Source: a bacterium (GTDB taxonomy: Bacteria; UBA10199; 2-02-FULL-44-16; DYJF01). Taken from it: a stretch of 17,570 bases of DNA. Location of the stretch: assembly GCA_041739675.1 (NCBI GenBank), contig JBGSNL010000028.1, forward strand, positions 1 through 17,570, written 5' to 3'. Positions 1 to 11,056 of this stretch are shown piece by piece. Position 1 is the stretch's first letter; each line of letters begins with the position of its first letter. Position numbers and translations under genes: made by a program. Below the pieces are notes generated by a model. That model had not been told where the DNA came from. It did no database searches and saw only the letters and a list, made by a program, of their open reading frames with translations.

Positions 1-43
1 CCGTGTGCCGAAAGGCATGAGGGTTCAACTCCCTCCCGTCGCA
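1..43 (+). tRNA. 3' part of a class II tRNA, most likely tRNA-Leu (5' half and anticodon lie outside the window)
   Basis: Long variable arm TGCC-GAAA-GGCA (6-17), T-arm GAGGG-TTCAACT-CCCTC (19-35), acceptor 3' strand CCGTCGC plus discriminator A (36-43). tRNA-Leu directly upstream of tig is a common arrangement. CCA is not encoded (CAA follows). Confidence 0.85.
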
Positions 44-85
44 CAAAATGACGCTAAAACATGGAAAATAAGAAAGGATCTAAGC

Positions 86-1381
86 ATGTTGAAAACAGTC
101 CTGGAAAAACTCAAAGCGGTGCGCCACAAGATCAACGTCGAAGTTTCCGCCGAAAAGGCGCAAAAATCCGCTGAGACGGCGCTCAAGGCGATGCAAAAAG
201 AGGTTGATGTCAAGGGGTTCAGAAAAGGCGCGGTACCCTTTGATATCATAAGAAAACATCTGGGAGTCGAGGCCGAAAGGGAGATCGCAAAGCAGATAGT
301 GAGAGACACATATGCGGCGGCGATCGGCCAGGAAAATGCGGCGCCCATCTCCGACCCTTCCGTTCAGTATGAAACCTATGCGGACGGACAACCCTTCAAA
401 TACTGGGCGGAGTTCGACGTCATGCCCGACATCACGGTCCCTGAATATGAAGGCCTGAAGCTTGAGCGTGAAAAAGTCGAAGTGACGGATCAGGAGATCG
501 ACGGCGAAATCAAGAGGCTTCAGGCGGCGATGACGCAGCTTGAACCGGCAGATGACGGAATCCTTGGCGCGGGCATGATGGCCCTCGTCGATTTCCACGG
601 AACCGTGGACGGAAAGCCGTTCAAGGGCAGCGACGCGGAAAATTTCGTAGTCGATTTCGGAACGCTGCTTCCCGCGTTCGAAGAAAATATTAAGGGAATG
701 AAAAAAGGTGAAGAGCGCGAGATCAAAATCACATACCCCAAGGATTACTTCAATCAGGAGATAGCCGGCAAAGAGGGTACGTATCACGTCAAAGTGAAAG
801 AGCTCAGGAAGAAGATAGTGCCGGAGCTGGGCGACGATTTTGCAAAGACACTGGGAAAATTTGAGAACATGAATGCGGTCAGGGCCGATATAAAAAAACA
901 CATCGCGAACGCCAAGGAAGAATTTCAAAAACGCAGGTTGGGGACAAACGCGATCCGCGAGCTTTCCGAAAAGAACGATTTCGAGGTCCCCGAGGTGATG
1001 ATCCAAAACGAGCTGGGCGCGATGCTGGACGATATCGCCCGTCAGCTCAAGGCACAGGGCAAAACTCCCGAAGAGGTGGGCTTCGATACGAAGAAGTTCA
1101 TCGAGGACAATATGGGTGAGGCCAAAAAACGCGTGCGCGGTTACCTGATAGCGTTTGCAATAGCCAAAGGGGTTCCGCTCACAGTCGGGGACGAGGAGCT
1201 CGAAACGAGAATTGCCATGATAGCGCGCCAGTCGAACCAGCCGGTCGACAAGGTGAAGGCTCAGTTTGAGAAAGAAAACCTCAAGGAGCGTCTAAAGAGC
1301 CAGGTTTTGTACGAAAAGACGCTTGATTTCATAGTTTCAAAGGCTAAAGTGAAGGAAGTTAAGCCAAAAAAAGAGAAATAA
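86..1381 (+). CDS. tig: Trigger factor (ribosome-associated chaperone/FKBP-type PPIase)
   Basis: Ribosome-binding signature GFRKGAVP, central FKBP-like region (VDFHGTVDGKPFKG...PAFEENIKGMKKGEE), position upstream of clpP. Start placed at ATG 86 after AAGGA, because the ORF-track start at 5 lies inside the tRNA. Confidence 0.97.
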   Translation: MLKTVLEKLKAVRHKINVEVSAEKAQKSAETALKAMQKEVDVKGFRKGAVPFDIIRKHLGVEAEREIAKQIVRDTYAAAIGQENAAPISDPSVQYETYADGQPFKYWAEFDVMPDITVPEYEGLKLEREKVEVTDQEIDGEIKRLQAAMTQLEPADDGILGAGMMALVDFHGTVDGKPFKGSDAENFVVDFGTLLPAFEENIKGMKKGEEREIKITYPKDYFNQEIAGKEGTYHVKVKELRKKIVPELGDDFAKTLGKFENMNAVRADIKKHIANAKEEFQKRRLGTNAIRELSEKNDFEVPEVMIQNELGAMLDDIARQLKAQGKTPEEVGFDTKKFIEDNMGEAKKRVRGYLIAFAIAKGVPLTVGDEELETRIAMIARQSNQPVDKVKAQFEKENLKERLKSQVLYEKTLDFIVSKAKVKEVKPKKEK

Positions 1382-1410
1382 AGAGTAACTTTTAAAGATT
1401 TGAGGTCAAA

Positions 1411-2037
1411 ATGGAACTGATTCCGATGGTAATCGAGCAGACCCACCGTGGCGAACGGGCGTATGACATTTATTCCCGTCTTTTAAAGGAGCGGATCGTA
1501 TTCATCGGTTCCCCTATCACGGACGATCTGGCAAACATCATCATAGCCCAGTTGCTTCATCTGGAATCCGAGGATCCTGATAAGGACATCCATCTTTATA
1601 TAAATTGTCCGGGCGGGGTGGTCACGGCGGGGCTCGCTATCTACGACACGATGCAATACGTGAAGCCCGACGTCTCCACCTTGTGCATGGGGCAGGCGAC
1701 ATCGATGGGCGCGCTCCTTTTGACCGCGGGCGCGAAGGGTAAGCGCTATTGCCTGCCGCACGCGCGCGTCATGATCCACCAGCCGCTGGGGGGTTTTCAG
1801 GGACAGGCATCCGACGTGGAGATCCAGGCGAAGGAGATTTTGCGTATGCGCGAGAAGCTGGATTTGATTCTCGCCAAACATACGAGTCAGGCGCTCAAGA
1901 AAATCCAGTTGGACACCGACCGCGACTATTTCATGTCGAGTGAAGAGGCGAGAGATTACGGAATCATCGACGAGGTAGTTACGTATCGTCGGGAAAAAGA
2001 TCTGCAGATGGAAGACAAAACAGGAAAAAAGAAATAG
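1411..2037 (+). CDS. clpP: ATP-dependent Clp protease proteolytic subunit
   Basis: [30 protein letters not shown]-terminus, catalytic triad contexts GQATSMG / MIHQP / DRDYFM, GAGG RBS. Confidence 0.98.
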   Translation: MELIPMVIEQTHRGERAYDIYSRLLKERIVFIGSPITDDLANIIIAQLLHLESEDPDKDIHLYINCPGGVVTAGLAIYDTMQYVKPDVSTLCMGQATSMGALLLTAGAKGKRYCLPHARVMIHQPLGGFQGQASDVEIQAKEILRMREKLDLILAKHTSQALKKIQLDTDRDYFMSSEEARDYGIIDEVVTYRREKDLQMEDKTGKKK

Positions 2038-2046
2038 GAGCGATCT

Positions 2047-3300
2047 ATGACAAGACCGCCGGAAGACACACTCAATCTCTCGTGCTCGTTTTGCGGAAAG
2101 AACCAGCGCGACGTGAGAAAACTCATCGCGGGGCCCACGGTCTATATCTGCGACGAGTGCATCGAACTCTGCAACGACATCATCGCCGAAGAGGGGGTGC
2201 GCGCGAAAGGGTTGGGCGACAGGATCGGCGTTCCGAAACCTTCAGAGATCAAGAATGTTCTCGATGATTTCGTTGTGGGTCAGGAGCACGCGAAGAAGGT
2301 TCTCTCCGTGGCGGTGCACAATCACTACAAGAGGATAGAGAGCCGCGGCAAGCCCCACGAGGAGGTCGAGCTCCAGAAATCGAATATACTTCTCATTGGG
2401 CCCACGGGTGTAGGAAAGACGCTACTTGCCCAGACCCTTGCGAAATTTTTGAAAGTTCCGTTCGCGATCGCCGATGCGACCTGTCTCACCGAGGCGGGCT
2501 ATGTCGGCGAGGACGTGGAAAATATAATACTGTCTCTTCTGCAGGCGGCCGACTACGACCGCGCGAAGGCCGAGAGAGGCATCGTCTACATCGACGAGAT
2601 CGACAAGATATCGAGAAAGAGCGAGAGCCCTTCTATCACGCGCGACGTCTCCGGCGAAGGCGTTCAGCAGGCGTTACTCAAGATTCTTGAAGGAACCGTC
2701 GCGTCCGTTCCGCCCAAAGGCGGGCGAAAACATCCGCAGCAGGAATTCATCCCCGTGGACACTACCAACATCCTCTTCATCTGCGGCGGAACGTTTGTGG
2801 GCCTTGAGGATCTTGTCGAAAGGCGCGCGGGCGAGAAAAAGATGGGGTTCGGCGCCACCATCAAAGGCAAATCCGAGAAGAAACTGGGCGAGCTTTTGAG
2901 AGACATCCAGAACGAAGATCTTTTGAAATTCGGTTTGATACCTGAGTTTGTCGGACGCCTTCCGGTGATAGCCACACTTGAAGAGCTTGCGGAAGACGCG
3001 CTCGTGAAAATCCTGACCGAACCCAAAAACGCCCTCGTGAAACAATATCAGCGCCTCTTCGAATTCGAAAAGGTGAAGCTCACCTTCACGAAGGGAGCGC
3101 TTGAAGCGGTTGCCAGAGAGGCGGTGAAGAGGAAGGCCGGTGCAAGGGGCCTGCGTGCGATCCTTGAATCGGTGATGTTAGACGTGATGTACGACATCCC
3201 GTCGCGCGAAAATGTCAGGGAGGTCGTGGTGAACGAAGAGACGATAGCGAAACAGAAACCGCCGTTTGTGGTCTATGAACAGAAGGCAGAGACTGCCTAA
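2047..3300 (+). CDS. clpX: ATP-dependent Clp protease ATP-binding subunit ClpX
   Basis: N-terminal zinc finger CSFC...CDEC, Walker A GPTGVGKT, Walker B YIDEIDK, GYVG pore loop, RKH loop, IGF-like loop MGF. Confidence 0.98.
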   Translation: MTRPPEDTLNLSCSFCGKNQRDVRKLIAGPTVYICDECIELCNDIIAEEGVRAKGLGDRIGVPKPSEIKNVLDDFVVGQEHAKKVLSVAVHNHYKRIESRGKPHEEVELQKSNILLIGPTGVGKTLLAQTLAKFLKVPFAIADATCLTEAGYVGEDVENIILSLLQAADYDRAKAERGIVYIDEIDKISRKSESPSITRDVSGEGVQQALLKILEGTVASVPPKGGRKHPQQEFIPVDTTNILFICGGTFVGLEDLVERRAGEKKMGFGATIKGKSEKKLGELLRDIQNEDLLKFGLIPEFVGRLPVIATLEELAEDALVKILTEPKNALVKQYQRLFEFEKVKLTFTKGALEAVAREAVKRKAGARGLRAILESVMLDVMYDIPSRENVREVVVNEETIAKQKPPFVVYEQKAETA

Positions 3301-3314
3301 GGAGCCATACCGAT

Positions 3315-5756
3315 ATGCCAGATCCCACGCACAAGGCCGTTGCAGAACGAGTTCTCGTACCGCTTCTTCCTCTCCGGGATATCGTTGTATTTCCTCACAT
3401 GGTGGTTCCTCTCTTCGTGGGGCGCGAAAAATCTATAGCCGCCCTTGAAGAGGCTATGGGCAAGGAAAAGGACATCCTCTTATCTGCGCAGATAAACGCG
3501 AAGACGAACGACCCCAAAGAGGAGGACATCTATAATATAGGCACGCTCGCCTCCATCATTCAGCTTTTGAGGCTCCCCGACGGAACGGTGAAGGTGTTGG
3601 TGGAAGGAAAAAGCCGCGCCCGTCTCCATCAATATATTCCCAACGTCAATTTTTTCATGGTGGAGGTGGAGCCGATAAAAGAGGAGCACGAGGTAACAAT
3701 TGAAACGGAAGCGCTCATGCGCGGCGTGAAATCCACGTTCGAGCAGTACGTGAAGCTCAACCGCCGGATACCGCCCGAGATGCTTGCCTCTGTTTCCACG
3801 ATAGACGATCCGGCGCGCCTCGCGGACACGATCGTGGCACACCTGGCGTTGAAGCTCCCCGACAAGCAGAACATATTGGAGATCACGAGCGCAGCCGAGC
3901 GCCTGGAAAAACTTTTGTCCCTCATGCAGTCCGAGATCGAGATCCTGCAGGTGGAGCGCCGCATCAGGACCCGCGTGAAAAAGCAGATGGAGAAGACGCA
4001 GCGCGAATATTATCTCAACGAACAGATGCAGGCGATCCAGAAAGAGTTAGGCGAACGAGACGAGTTCAAAAGCGAGATAGGGGAACTCGAAGAGAAGGCG
4101 AAGAAGAAAAAACTCTCGGCAGAGGCGCGGGACAAAGTGGGCAAAGAGATCAAGAAGCTCAAGATGATGTCGCCCATGTCGGCCGAGGCAACCGTCGTGC
4201 GCAACTACATAGACTGGATACTCTCTCTGCCGTGGGACGAGATGACCAAGGACAAGATGGACATAGATGAGGCGGAAAAGATTTTGGACGAAGATCACTA
4301 CGGTCTTGAGCAACCCAAAGAGCGCATCGTCGAATATCTCGCTGTCAGGTCTTTGGTCGATAAGATGAAGGGCCCGATACTTTGTTTCGTGGGCCCTCCC
4401 GGCGTCGGCAAGACGTCTCTCGGACGATCGATTGCAAGGGCGATGGGGCGGAAATTTATCCGCCTCTCTTTAGGCGGCGTGCGCGACGAGGCGGAAATCC
4501 GCGGCCACAGAAGAACCTACATCGGCGCGCTTCCCGGCAAGGTGATTCAGTCCCTGAAAAAGGTGGGATCCAATAATCCCGTCTTCCTGTTAGATGAAGT
4601 GGACAAGATGAGCATGGATTTCAGGGGTGATCCGTCCGCGGCGCTCCTTGAAGTGCTCGATCCGGAACAGAACCACACCTTCAACGATCATTATATGGAT
4701 ATCGACTACGATCTCTCGCACGTCATGTTCATCACGACGGCGAACACGCTGCCCGCGATTCCGATGCCTTTGCAGGACAGGATGGAGATCATAAGAATCG
4801 CCGGCTACACTGAAGTGGAAAAGCTGGAGATCGCAAAACGTTATCTGATACTGAAACAGCGCGAGGCGAACGGGCTTCTGGAAAAACACATCGACTTCAC
4901 GGAATCGGCCATCAAGCTGGTGATCAGGCGATACACGAGAGAGGCCGGAGTCAGAAATCTTGAGCGCGAGATCGCATCGATCTGCAGAAAGGTCGCGCGT
5001 GAGGTTGCAAAAACGGAAAAGAAGGACAAATTCATCCGCATCACGCCCAAGAAAGTCATGCAGTATCTCGGCGTGCCCAAGTTCCATTTCGGCATCGCGG
5101 AGGACGTGGATCAGATAGGCCTGTGCACGGGCCTTGCGTGGACCGAAGTCGGCGGCGAGCTTTTGACGACGGAAGTTTCGGTGATGCCGGGCAAGGGCAA
5201 ACTCACGATCACGGGAAAACTTGGAGACGTGATGCAGGAATCGGCCCAGGCCGCGATGAGCTACGTCCGTTCGCGCGCGGAGGCGTTGGGTCTGGGACGC
5301 GAGTTCTATCAGAAAGTTGATATCCATATCCATATTCCTGAGGGTGCAATTCCCAAGGACGGACCGTCGGCGGGCATCACGATGGCCACGGCGATTGCCT
5401 CTGCGCTCCTCAAAGTTCCAGTGCGGAAAGACGTTGCGATGACTGGCGAAATCACGCTCCGCGGCCGCGTGCTTCCGATAGGCGGGCTCAAAGAAAAAAT
5501 TCTTGCCGCGCACAGAGGGAAGATAAAGAAGATATTGATCCCGTCGGAGAATGAAAAGGATCTCAAAGAGATTCCGAAAAAGATCCTGAAGGATCTTGAG
5601 ATCGTGAAGGTCGAGCACATGGACGAGGTTTTGAAAGAGGCTTTGGTGCTTGACCCCTCAAAGGCGAAGCTCTTCTCGAGGCCGATTCTCAAATCCGGCG
5701 GCACAAAGAAAAAGGGTTCGCCTGATGAGGCCGAGATCGCCGAAATGGACGCGTGA
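3315..5756 (+). CDS. lon: ATP-dependent Lon protease (LonA)
   Basis: [13 protein letters not shown]-domain, Walker [18 protein letters not shown], catalytic PKDGPSAG and GGLKEK (Ser-Lys dyad). Confidence 0.98.
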   Translation: MPDPTHKAVAERVLVPLLPLRDIVVFPHMVVPLFVGREKSIAALEEAMGKEKDILLSAQINAKTNDPKEEDIYNIGTLASIIQLLRLPDGTVKVLVEGKSRARLHQYIPNVNFFMVEVEPIKEEHEVTIETEALMRGVKSTFEQYVKLNRRIPPEMLASVSTIDDPARLADTIVAHLALKLPDKQNILEITSAAERLEKLLSLMQSEIEILQVERRIRTRVKKQMEKTQREYYLNEQMQAIQKELGERDEFKSEIGELEEKAKKKKLSAEARDKVGKEIKKLKMMSPMSAEATVVRNYIDWILSLPWDEMTKDKMDIDEAEKILDEDHYGLEQPKERIVEYLAVRSLVDKMKGPILCFVGPPGVGKTSLGRSIARAMGRKFIRLSLGGVRDEAEIRGHRRTYIGALPGKVIQSLKKVGSNNPVFLLDEVDKMSMDFRGDPSAALLEVLDPEQNHTFNDHYMDIDYDLSHVMFITTANTLPAIPMPLQDRMEIIRIAGYTEVEKLEIAKRYLILKQREANGLLEKHIDFTESAIKLVIRRYTREAGVRNLEREIASICRKVAREVAKTEKKDKFIRITPKKVMQYLGVPKFHFGIAEDVDQIGLCTGLAWTEVGGELLTTEVSVMPGKGKLTITGKLGDVMQESAQAAMSYVRSRAEALGLGREFYQKVDIHIHIPEGAIPKDGPSAGITMATAIASALLKVPVRKDVAMTGEITLRGRVLPIGGLKEKILAAHRGKIKKILIPSENEKDLKEIPKKILKDLEIVKVEHMDEVLKEALVLDPSKAKLFSRPILKSGGTKKKGSPDEAEIAEMDA

Positions 5757-6289
5757 TGTTTGCAGCCGTGTTTGAATTGCCGCTTAGGATAGCTGCATTC
5801 GCAGTAGGTTTTTTCTTCTACTGGATGGAAACTGGGGCGGATTGGATCATCGGAGTTCCAAATAAAACCGAATTTGTGAGGACCGGCGCGTGCAAACGCT
5901 GCGGGCGGTGTTGCAGGCTTTTGGCGCTTGAGATGCCGATGGCCATCGCGAAACGCGATCGGCTGGTCGATTTTTTGAGCTGGTGGCACAAGGTTCTATT
6001 CAATTTCCAGTTCAAGGGAAGGGACGGCAAATGGCTAATATATAGATGCGGTTACTTTGCAGACGGCGAAAGGCCTGGATGCCGCATCTACCGCTTCCGT
6101 CACCGCCTGTGCAGGTTCTATCCAAAGCAGCCCCTCTACGGTCATCCCAAAACCCACGCTGATTGCGGATTCAAATTCGTGAGGCGCGACACCCGCCTGC
6201 CTCGCCTTGCGGCATCGCATGGCGGGCAGGGAAAACCGACCTTCGATGAAGTGCTTGAACAAAAGCGAAAGATAGATATAAGTGATTAG
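5756..6289 (+). CDS. YkgJ-family (CxxCxxCC) putative Zn/Fe-chelating cysteine-cluster protein with hydrophobic N-terminus
   Basis: CKRCGRCC motif and downstream C...CRIY..R..LCRFYP pattern typical of YkgJ/PF03692-like proteins. Start overlaps the lon stop (TGATG at 5754-5758; alternative GTG at 5753). Confidence 0.8.
   Translation: MFAAVFELPLRIAAFAVGFFFYWMETGADWIIGVPNKTEFVRTGACKRCGRCCRLLALEMPMAIAKRDRLVDFLSWWHKVLFNFQFKGRDGKWLIYRCGYFADGERPGCRIYRFRHRLCRFYPKQPLYGHPKTHADCGFKFVRRDTRLPRLAASHGGQGKPTFDEVLEQKRKIDISD
6191..6230. repeat. Short GC-rich palindromic element inside the YkgJ-family CDS (putative in-frame insertion)
   Basis: Arms CCCGCCTGCC (6192-6201) and GGCGGGCAGG (6221-6230) pair with one mismatch and one G.U, with an inner GCC-TTGC-GGC hairpin. 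The 39 nt encode [13 protein letters not shown]. Confidence 0.5.
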
Positions 6290-6304
6290 AAAAAAGGAGA
6301 TAAA

Positions 6305-7861
6305 ATGGACATCTCAACATCGGGGAAAATTTATAGAAATATATCTGTGCCGGTGCTTGTCGAAATGGCGCTTGCGCGGGGGGAGGGAAAGCTTGCTGCT
6401 AACGGCGCACTTGTTGTCAAAACAGGAAGGCGCACCGGCCGCAGCCCAACCGACCGCTTCGTCGTCGAAAACAAAAGTACGAAAGACGAGTTGTGGTGGG
6501 GGCCTGTCAACAAGGCCGTCACGCCCGACACGTTTAATAAGCTTCTCGCGAAGGCGAAGGACTATCTCTCAAAGAGGGATCTTTTCATCTTTGACGGTTT
6601 CGCCGGCGCCGATCCGGCCTATCGCCTGCAAGTCAGGGTGATTGGGGAAAAGGCGTGGCACGCACTTTTTTCGCAGACTCTTTTCATAAGGCCGACGCAG
6701 GAAGAGTTGAACGGACACAAACCGGAGTTCACCGTAATCAACGCGTGCGAACTTTTGGCCGATCCCAAAACGGACGGTACCCCCTCTGAAGTCTTCATTG
6801 GCGTTGATTTCGAGCAGAAAATTATTCTGATTCTGGGCTCCCATTACGCCGGCGAGATGAAAAAGGGAATCTTCGCTGTGATGAACTATCTTCTGCCCAA
6901 GCGGAACGTCTTCCCGATGCACTGCTCGGCAAACATCGGCAAAGACGGCGATGCTGCACTCTTCTTCGGCCTTTCGGGAACGGGAAAGACAACGCTCTCC
7001 GCAGATACATCGCGCCGCCTGATAGGCGATGACGAGCACGGCTGGTCCGATCACGGCATCTTCAACTTTGAAGGGGGTTGCTACGCGAAGGTGATCAAAC
7101 TTGACCGCTCACGGGAGCCGCAGATCTGGGACGCAATACGTTTCGGTTCGGTCCTTGAAAATGTTATCGTTGATGAAAAGACGCGCGCCATAGATTACGA
7201 TGATGGCTCCATAACCGAAAACACGCGCGCGACATACCCTGTCGAATATATTCCCAACTGCATGATTCCCGGCGTGGGCGGACATCCGAAAAACATCATC
7301 TTTCTCACGTGCGATGCCTTTGGCGTGCTGCCTCCGATAGCGGAGCTCACCCCCGAAATGGCGATGTACCATTTCCTGTCGGGATACACGGCCAAGGTGG
7401 CGGGGACGGAGGCGGGAATTGTCGAGCCGCAAGCTACCTTTTCCACATGTTTCGGTTCGCCGTTTCTGCCGCTGCATCCAACCGTGTACGCCGGTCTATT
7501 GGGGCAGCATCTCGAAAAACACAAAGCCAAATGCTGGCTCGTCAACACCGGCTGGAGCGGAGGACCCTACGGCGTCGGGAAGAGGATGGACATAAATCTT
7601 ACAAGGAAACTTCTGAACGCGGCACTTTCGGGAGTGCTGAACGATATGCCCCGCGTTCCTGACAAAGTTTTCAAGATTCTTATCCCTGAAGCGTGCCCCG
7701 ACGTCCCGGGCGAGATACTACATACGCGAAACACGTGGAAGGACAAGGCTGCCTACGACGCCAAGGCTCATGATCTGGCTGTAAGATTTAACAAGAATTT
7801 CGAGCAGTACGCCTCAAAGGCGTCAGGAAAGGTTCGCGACTCAGGACCGGTTATCGGTTGA
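6305..7861 (+). CDS. pckA: Phosphoenolpyruvate carboxykinase (ATP-dependent)
   Basis: TGRSP, YAGEMKKGIF, MHCSAN, kinase-1a GLSGTGKTTLS, LIGDDEHGW, NFEGGCYAK motifs. AAGGAG RBS. Confidence 0.98.
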   Translation: MDISTSGKIYRNISVPVLVEMALARGEGKLAANGALVVKTGRRTGRSPTDRFVVENKSTKDELWWGPVNKAVTPDTFNKLLAKAKDYLSKRDLFIFDGFAGADPAYRLQVRVIGEKAWHALFSQTLFIRPTQEELNGHKPEFTVINACELLADPKTDGTPSEVFIGVDFEQKIILILGSHYAGEMKKGIFAVMNYLLPKRNVFPMHCSANIGKDGDAALFFGLSGTGKTTLSADTSRRLIGDDEHGWSDHGIFNFEGGCYAKVIKLDRSREPQIWDAIRFGSVLENVIVDEKTRAIDYDDGSITENTRATYPVEYIPNCMIPGVGGHPKNIIFLTCDAFGVLPPIAELTPEMAMYHFLSGYTAKVAGTEAGIVEPQATFSTCFGSPFLPLHPTVYAGLLGQHLEKHKAKCWLVNTGWSGGPYGVGKRMDINLTRKLLNAALSGVLNDMPRVPDKVFKILIPEACPDVPGEILHTRNTWKDKAAYDAKAHDLAVRFNKNFEQYASKASGKVRDSGPVIG

Positions 7862-7886
7862 CTTTGAACGACGCGATTTGTATACA
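7858..7886 (+). promoter_or_regulatory. Putative sigma70-type promoter for sdhCAB-sucCD
   Basis: TTGACT (7858-7863), 17-nt spacer, TATACA (7881-7886). The -35 overlaps the pckA stop codon and the -10 ends 45 nt before the sdhC start, which has a GGGGAG RBS. Confidence 0.5.
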
Positions 7887-7931
7887 GCTGGCACGTAACT
7901 TAGCGCGTTTTCGAGATAATTCGGGGGAGTA

Positions 7932-8558
7932 ATGGGTCAGGTAACGGGCAGGTACGATTACTTTTTGCTCAAGCGCCTGCAGTCTTTCTTCGGCATCTTT
8001 CCGCTCGCCGTCTTTCTTTTTGTACATTTCACATTCAACTCATTCATATTCAACGGGCCGGAGGCGTTCAATCTTCTGGTCGATGCAACTCAGGGTTTTT
8101 CCCTGGTTGTCTTCTACGAAATCGGCCTCATAGGCATTCCGCTCCTGGTCCACATTCTCCTGGGCCTTATTATTATATACAGGGGTTCGGTGAACCTTGT
8201 TCCATATTCGCAATACCGGAACTGGATGTACATCCTGCAAAGGCTCACGGGCCTGATCGCGATCGCGTTTGTCTGTTTCCACGTATGGTCCACTCGCCTG
8301 CACGCCTTTATCACCGGCAAGCATGTGACGTTCGCGTATATGCAGCAGCATTTCGGGCCGATGTGGGTGAAGATTTTTTATGTCGCGGGCATTATCAGCG
8401 TCGTCTTTCATCTGGCAAACGGGATTGCGACGGCGATGATGACGTGGGGAATCACTTCAAGCAAGATATCGCAGCTCGCGATGACTGTTGTGACATGGCT
8501 TGTGACGCTGTTCATGGGGGCGTGGGGTTTGAGGATATTGCTCGCATTCACCGGATAA
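7932..8558 (+). CDS. sdhC: Succinate dehydrogenase/fumarate reductase cytochrome b558 membrane anchor (single-subunit, Bacillus-type)
   Basis: About five hydrophobic segments with His residues (FVH, LVH, CFH, VFHLANG), NWMYILQRLTG motif, position directly upstream of sdhA. Confidence 0.92.
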   Translation: MGQVTGRYDYFLLKRLQSFFGIFPLAVFLFVHFTFNSFIFNGPEAFNLLVDATQGFSLVVFYEIGLIGIPLLVHILLGLIIIYRGSVNLVPYSQYRNWMYILQRLTGLIAIAFVCFHVWSTRLHAFITGKHVTFAYMQQHFGPMWVKIFYVAGIISVVFHLANGIATAMMTWGITSSKISQLAMTVVTWLVTLFMGAWGLRILLAFTG

Positions 8559-8562
8559 TATT

Positions 8563-10311
8563 ATGGCAAAACCTAAAATAATAGTGGTCGGCGGCGGACT
8601 TTCAGGACTCATGGCGGCTTTGAAGGCGGCAGAGAAGGGCGCCGAGGTCTCCATTTTTTCAGTCGTCCCTGTCCGCAGATCGCATTCCGTTTGCGCGCAG
8701 GGCGGCATCAACGCGGCGCTCAACACGAAGGGCGAGGGCGACTCGATTGATGCGCATACCTACGACACGGTTTACGGCGGCGATTTTCTCGCCCACCAGA
8801 GCGTTGTGAAACGGTTGTGCAATGCGGCTCCGGGCATCGTCTGGATGTTCGACCGCATGGGCGTCATGTTCAACCGCACGAAGGAAGGGCTTTTGGATCT
8901 TCGCCTCTTCGGCGGCGTGAAAAAACGGCGCACCTGTTTTTCTGGCGCCACGACCGGCCAGCAGCTGATGTACGCGTTGGACGAACAGATCAGGAGATTC
9001 GAGGTTCAGAATCTGGTGAAAAAATACGAAAATTGGGAGTTCGCGTCTCTTATAATGGATAACGAAGGTGTTTGCCGCGGCATCACTGCGACTGATAAAT
9101 CAACGATGGAGACCGCGGCTTTCGTGGCGGACGCGGTTATCATGTGCACGGGCGGCTTCAACCACGTGTTCGGAACGTGCACGAACTCCACGCACTGCAC
9201 CGGTTACGCGGCGACTGAAGTTTACAAGCGCGGCGCGTTTTTTGCCAATCCTGAGTTCGTCCAGTTTCATCCAACTGCTATCCCCGGCACCGACAAGTGC
9301 CGCCTCATAAGCGAAGCTGCCAGGGGTGAGGGCGGGCGCATCTGGGTGCCCAAAGACGGAAAGCCGTGGTATTTTCTGGAGGAGTGGTATCCCGCGTACG
9401 GCAACACCGTTCCGAGAGACGTCGCCGCTCGTGCGATCTGGAAAGTCGTCAAAGAGATGAAGCTGGGCGTTGACGGCGAAGATGTCGTTTATCTCGATCT
9501 CACGCATCTCGATCACGAAGCGCTTGCGGAACGCCTTGAGGGAATTCTGGAAATCTACGAAAAGTTCGTGGGCGACGATCCGAGAAAAATTCCGATGAAG
9601 GTTTTTCCGGCGGTCCATTATTCGATGGGCGGTATCTGGGTGGATTTTGAACACCGCACGAGCTTGCCGGGCCTTTTCGCCGCCGGCGAATGCGATTATC
9701 AGTATCACGGTGCCAACCGCCTGGGCGCAAATTCGCTTCTGTCGGCCATCCACAGCGGCATGGTAGCCGGTCCAGCGGCCATAGAATACGCGAAGGGTTT
9801 GAAAAAAGGCGCGGACGCCGTACCATCTTCGCTCCTTGCGGATGAAAAAAGCAGGCAGGACGATGTAAACAGAAAAATCATCGCGATGGACGGTCCTGAA
9901 AATCCGCACCTTTTAAAGCAGGAGCTCTCGGCTTGGCTCACGGACAACGCGACCATCGTCAGGCACGACAAGAAGCTCAAAGAAACGGACGACAAGATAC
10001 GGGAGTTGGCCGGGAGATTCGAGCGCTCGAAGATCCATGACAAGGGCGCTTTTGCCAACGAAGAGCTCTTTTTCATGAGAACTCTTGCCAACCAGTTCGA
10101 TCTTGCGCGGATGATCGTCCTGGGCGCGCTGGGCCGCGCGGAGAGCAGGGGCTCGCATTATAAACCCGAAACTCCCAACCGCGACGATGAAAAGTGGTTG
10201 TGTATAACGAAAACGAGCTACACACCTGATGGGCCGAAATTTGATTACAGCGAAAAGGTGGAGATACAGGACATCAAACCGGTGCAGAGACGGTACGACG
10301 TGGCACATTGA
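8563..10311 (+). CDS. sdhA: Succinate dehydrogenase/fumarate reductase flavoprotein subunit
   Basis: FAD-binding VGGGLSG, flavinylation motif RSHSVCAQGGINAA, QFHPT, SEAARGEGG, HYSMGG, HGANRLGANSL, ESRGSH. Confidence 0.97.
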   Translation: MAKPKIIVVGGGLSGLMAALKAAEKGAEVSIFSVVPVRRSHSVCAQGGINAALNTKGEGDSIDAHTYDTVYGGDFLAHQSVVKRLCNAAPGIVWMFDRMGVMFNRTKEGLLDLRLFGGVKKRRTCFSGATTGQQLMYALDEQIRRFEVQNLVKKYENWEFASLIMDNEGVCRGITATDKSTMETAAFVADAVIMCTGGFNHVFGTCTNSTHCTGYAATEVYKRGAFFANPEFVQFHPTAIPGTDKCRLISEAARGEGGRIWVPKDGKPWYFLEEWYPAYGNTVPRDVAARAIWKVVKEMKLGVDGEDVVYLDLTHLDHEALAERLEGILEIYEKFVGDDPRKIPMKVFPAVHYSMGGIWVDFEHRTSLPGLFAAGECDYQYHGANRLGANSLLSAIHSGMVAGPAAIEYAKGLKKGADAVPSSLLADEKSRQDDVNRKIIAMDGPENPHLLKQELSAWLTDNATIVRHDKKLKETDDKIRELAGRFERSKIHDKGAFANEELFFMRTLANQFDLARMIVLGALGRAESRGSHYKPETPNRDDEKWLCITKTSYTPDGPKFDYSEKVEIQDIKPVQRRYDVAH

Positions 10312-10315
10312 TATT

Positions 10316-11056
10316 ATGGACGACATACGCTTAAAAATCAGACGTCAGGACGGGCCGGATGATCTTCCCTATTGGGAGGAGTTCGCAATTCCATATCGGC
10401 CCAAGATGAACGTGGTCATGTGTCTGCAAGCGATCACCGACAATCCCGTGACCGCCGAAGGAATCCCCACTACGCCCGTCGTGTGGGAGTGCTCGTGCCT
10501 AGAGGAGGTTTGCGGTTCGTGCACGATGCTCGTTAACGGCAAGGTGAGACAATCCTGCAGCGCGCTGGTCGATCAGCTGAGCCAGCCGATTATCCTGGAA
10601 CCGATGACGAAATTCCCGGTCGTGCGAGATCTGAGAGTCGACCGCTCAAAGATGTTCGAGTCTCTCAAAAAAGTGGGCGCATGGGTGACGGTGGACGGTT
10701 TTCATGATCTTGGGCCCGGCCCGCGCATGGCCCCCGCCGATCAGCAGAAGGCCTACCATTTTTCGCGCTGCATGGTCTGCGGCTGCTGCTGCGAGGCGTG
10801 CCCCCAGTTCAATTCCAGATCCCCATTCATGGGCGCATTTGTCATAGGACAGGCGTTTTTGTTCAACTCTCATCCAATAGGCGGCTTGGAAAAGGGCAAG
10901 CGCCTCGAAGCGCTCATGGGCGAGGGGGGCTTGGCTGACTGCGGCAACGCGCAGAACTGCGAAAAACTTTGCCCCAAAAACATTCCGCTCACCGAATCGA
11001 TTGCAAGGCTGGGATGGGATTCGACAGTCCATACGATCAAAAAATTTCTAAGATGA
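10316..11056 (+). CDS. sdhB: Succinate dehydrogenase/fumarate reductase iron-sulfur subunit
   Basis: CLEEVCGSC...QSC (2Fe-2S), [12 protein letters not shown] and [12 protein letters not shown] cluster motifs. Start placed at ATG 10316, just after the sdhA stop. Confidence 0.96.
   Translation: MDDIRLKIRRQDGPDDLPYWEEFAIPYRPKMNVVMCLQAITDNPVTAEGIPTTPVVWECSCLEEVCGSCTMLVNGKVRQSCSALVDQLSQPIILEPMTKFPVVRDLRVDRSKMFESLKKVGAWVTVDGFHDLGPGPRMAPADQQKAYHFSRCMVCGCCCEACPQFNSRSPFMGAFVIGQAFLFNSHPIGGLEKGKRLEALMGEGGLADCGNAQNCEKLCPKNIPLTESIARLGWDSTVHTIKKFLR

Noticed and set aside
5..85. N-terminal extension of trigger factor in the ORF track
   Set aside because: It overlaps the tRNA 3' end, and ATG 86 has an RBS and fits the family N-terminus.
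7889..7905. Sigma54-like TGGCAC motif upstream of sdhC
   Set aside because: The GC dinucleotide is 11 nt from the GG rather than the required 10 (TGGCAC-N5-TTAG instead of TTGC).
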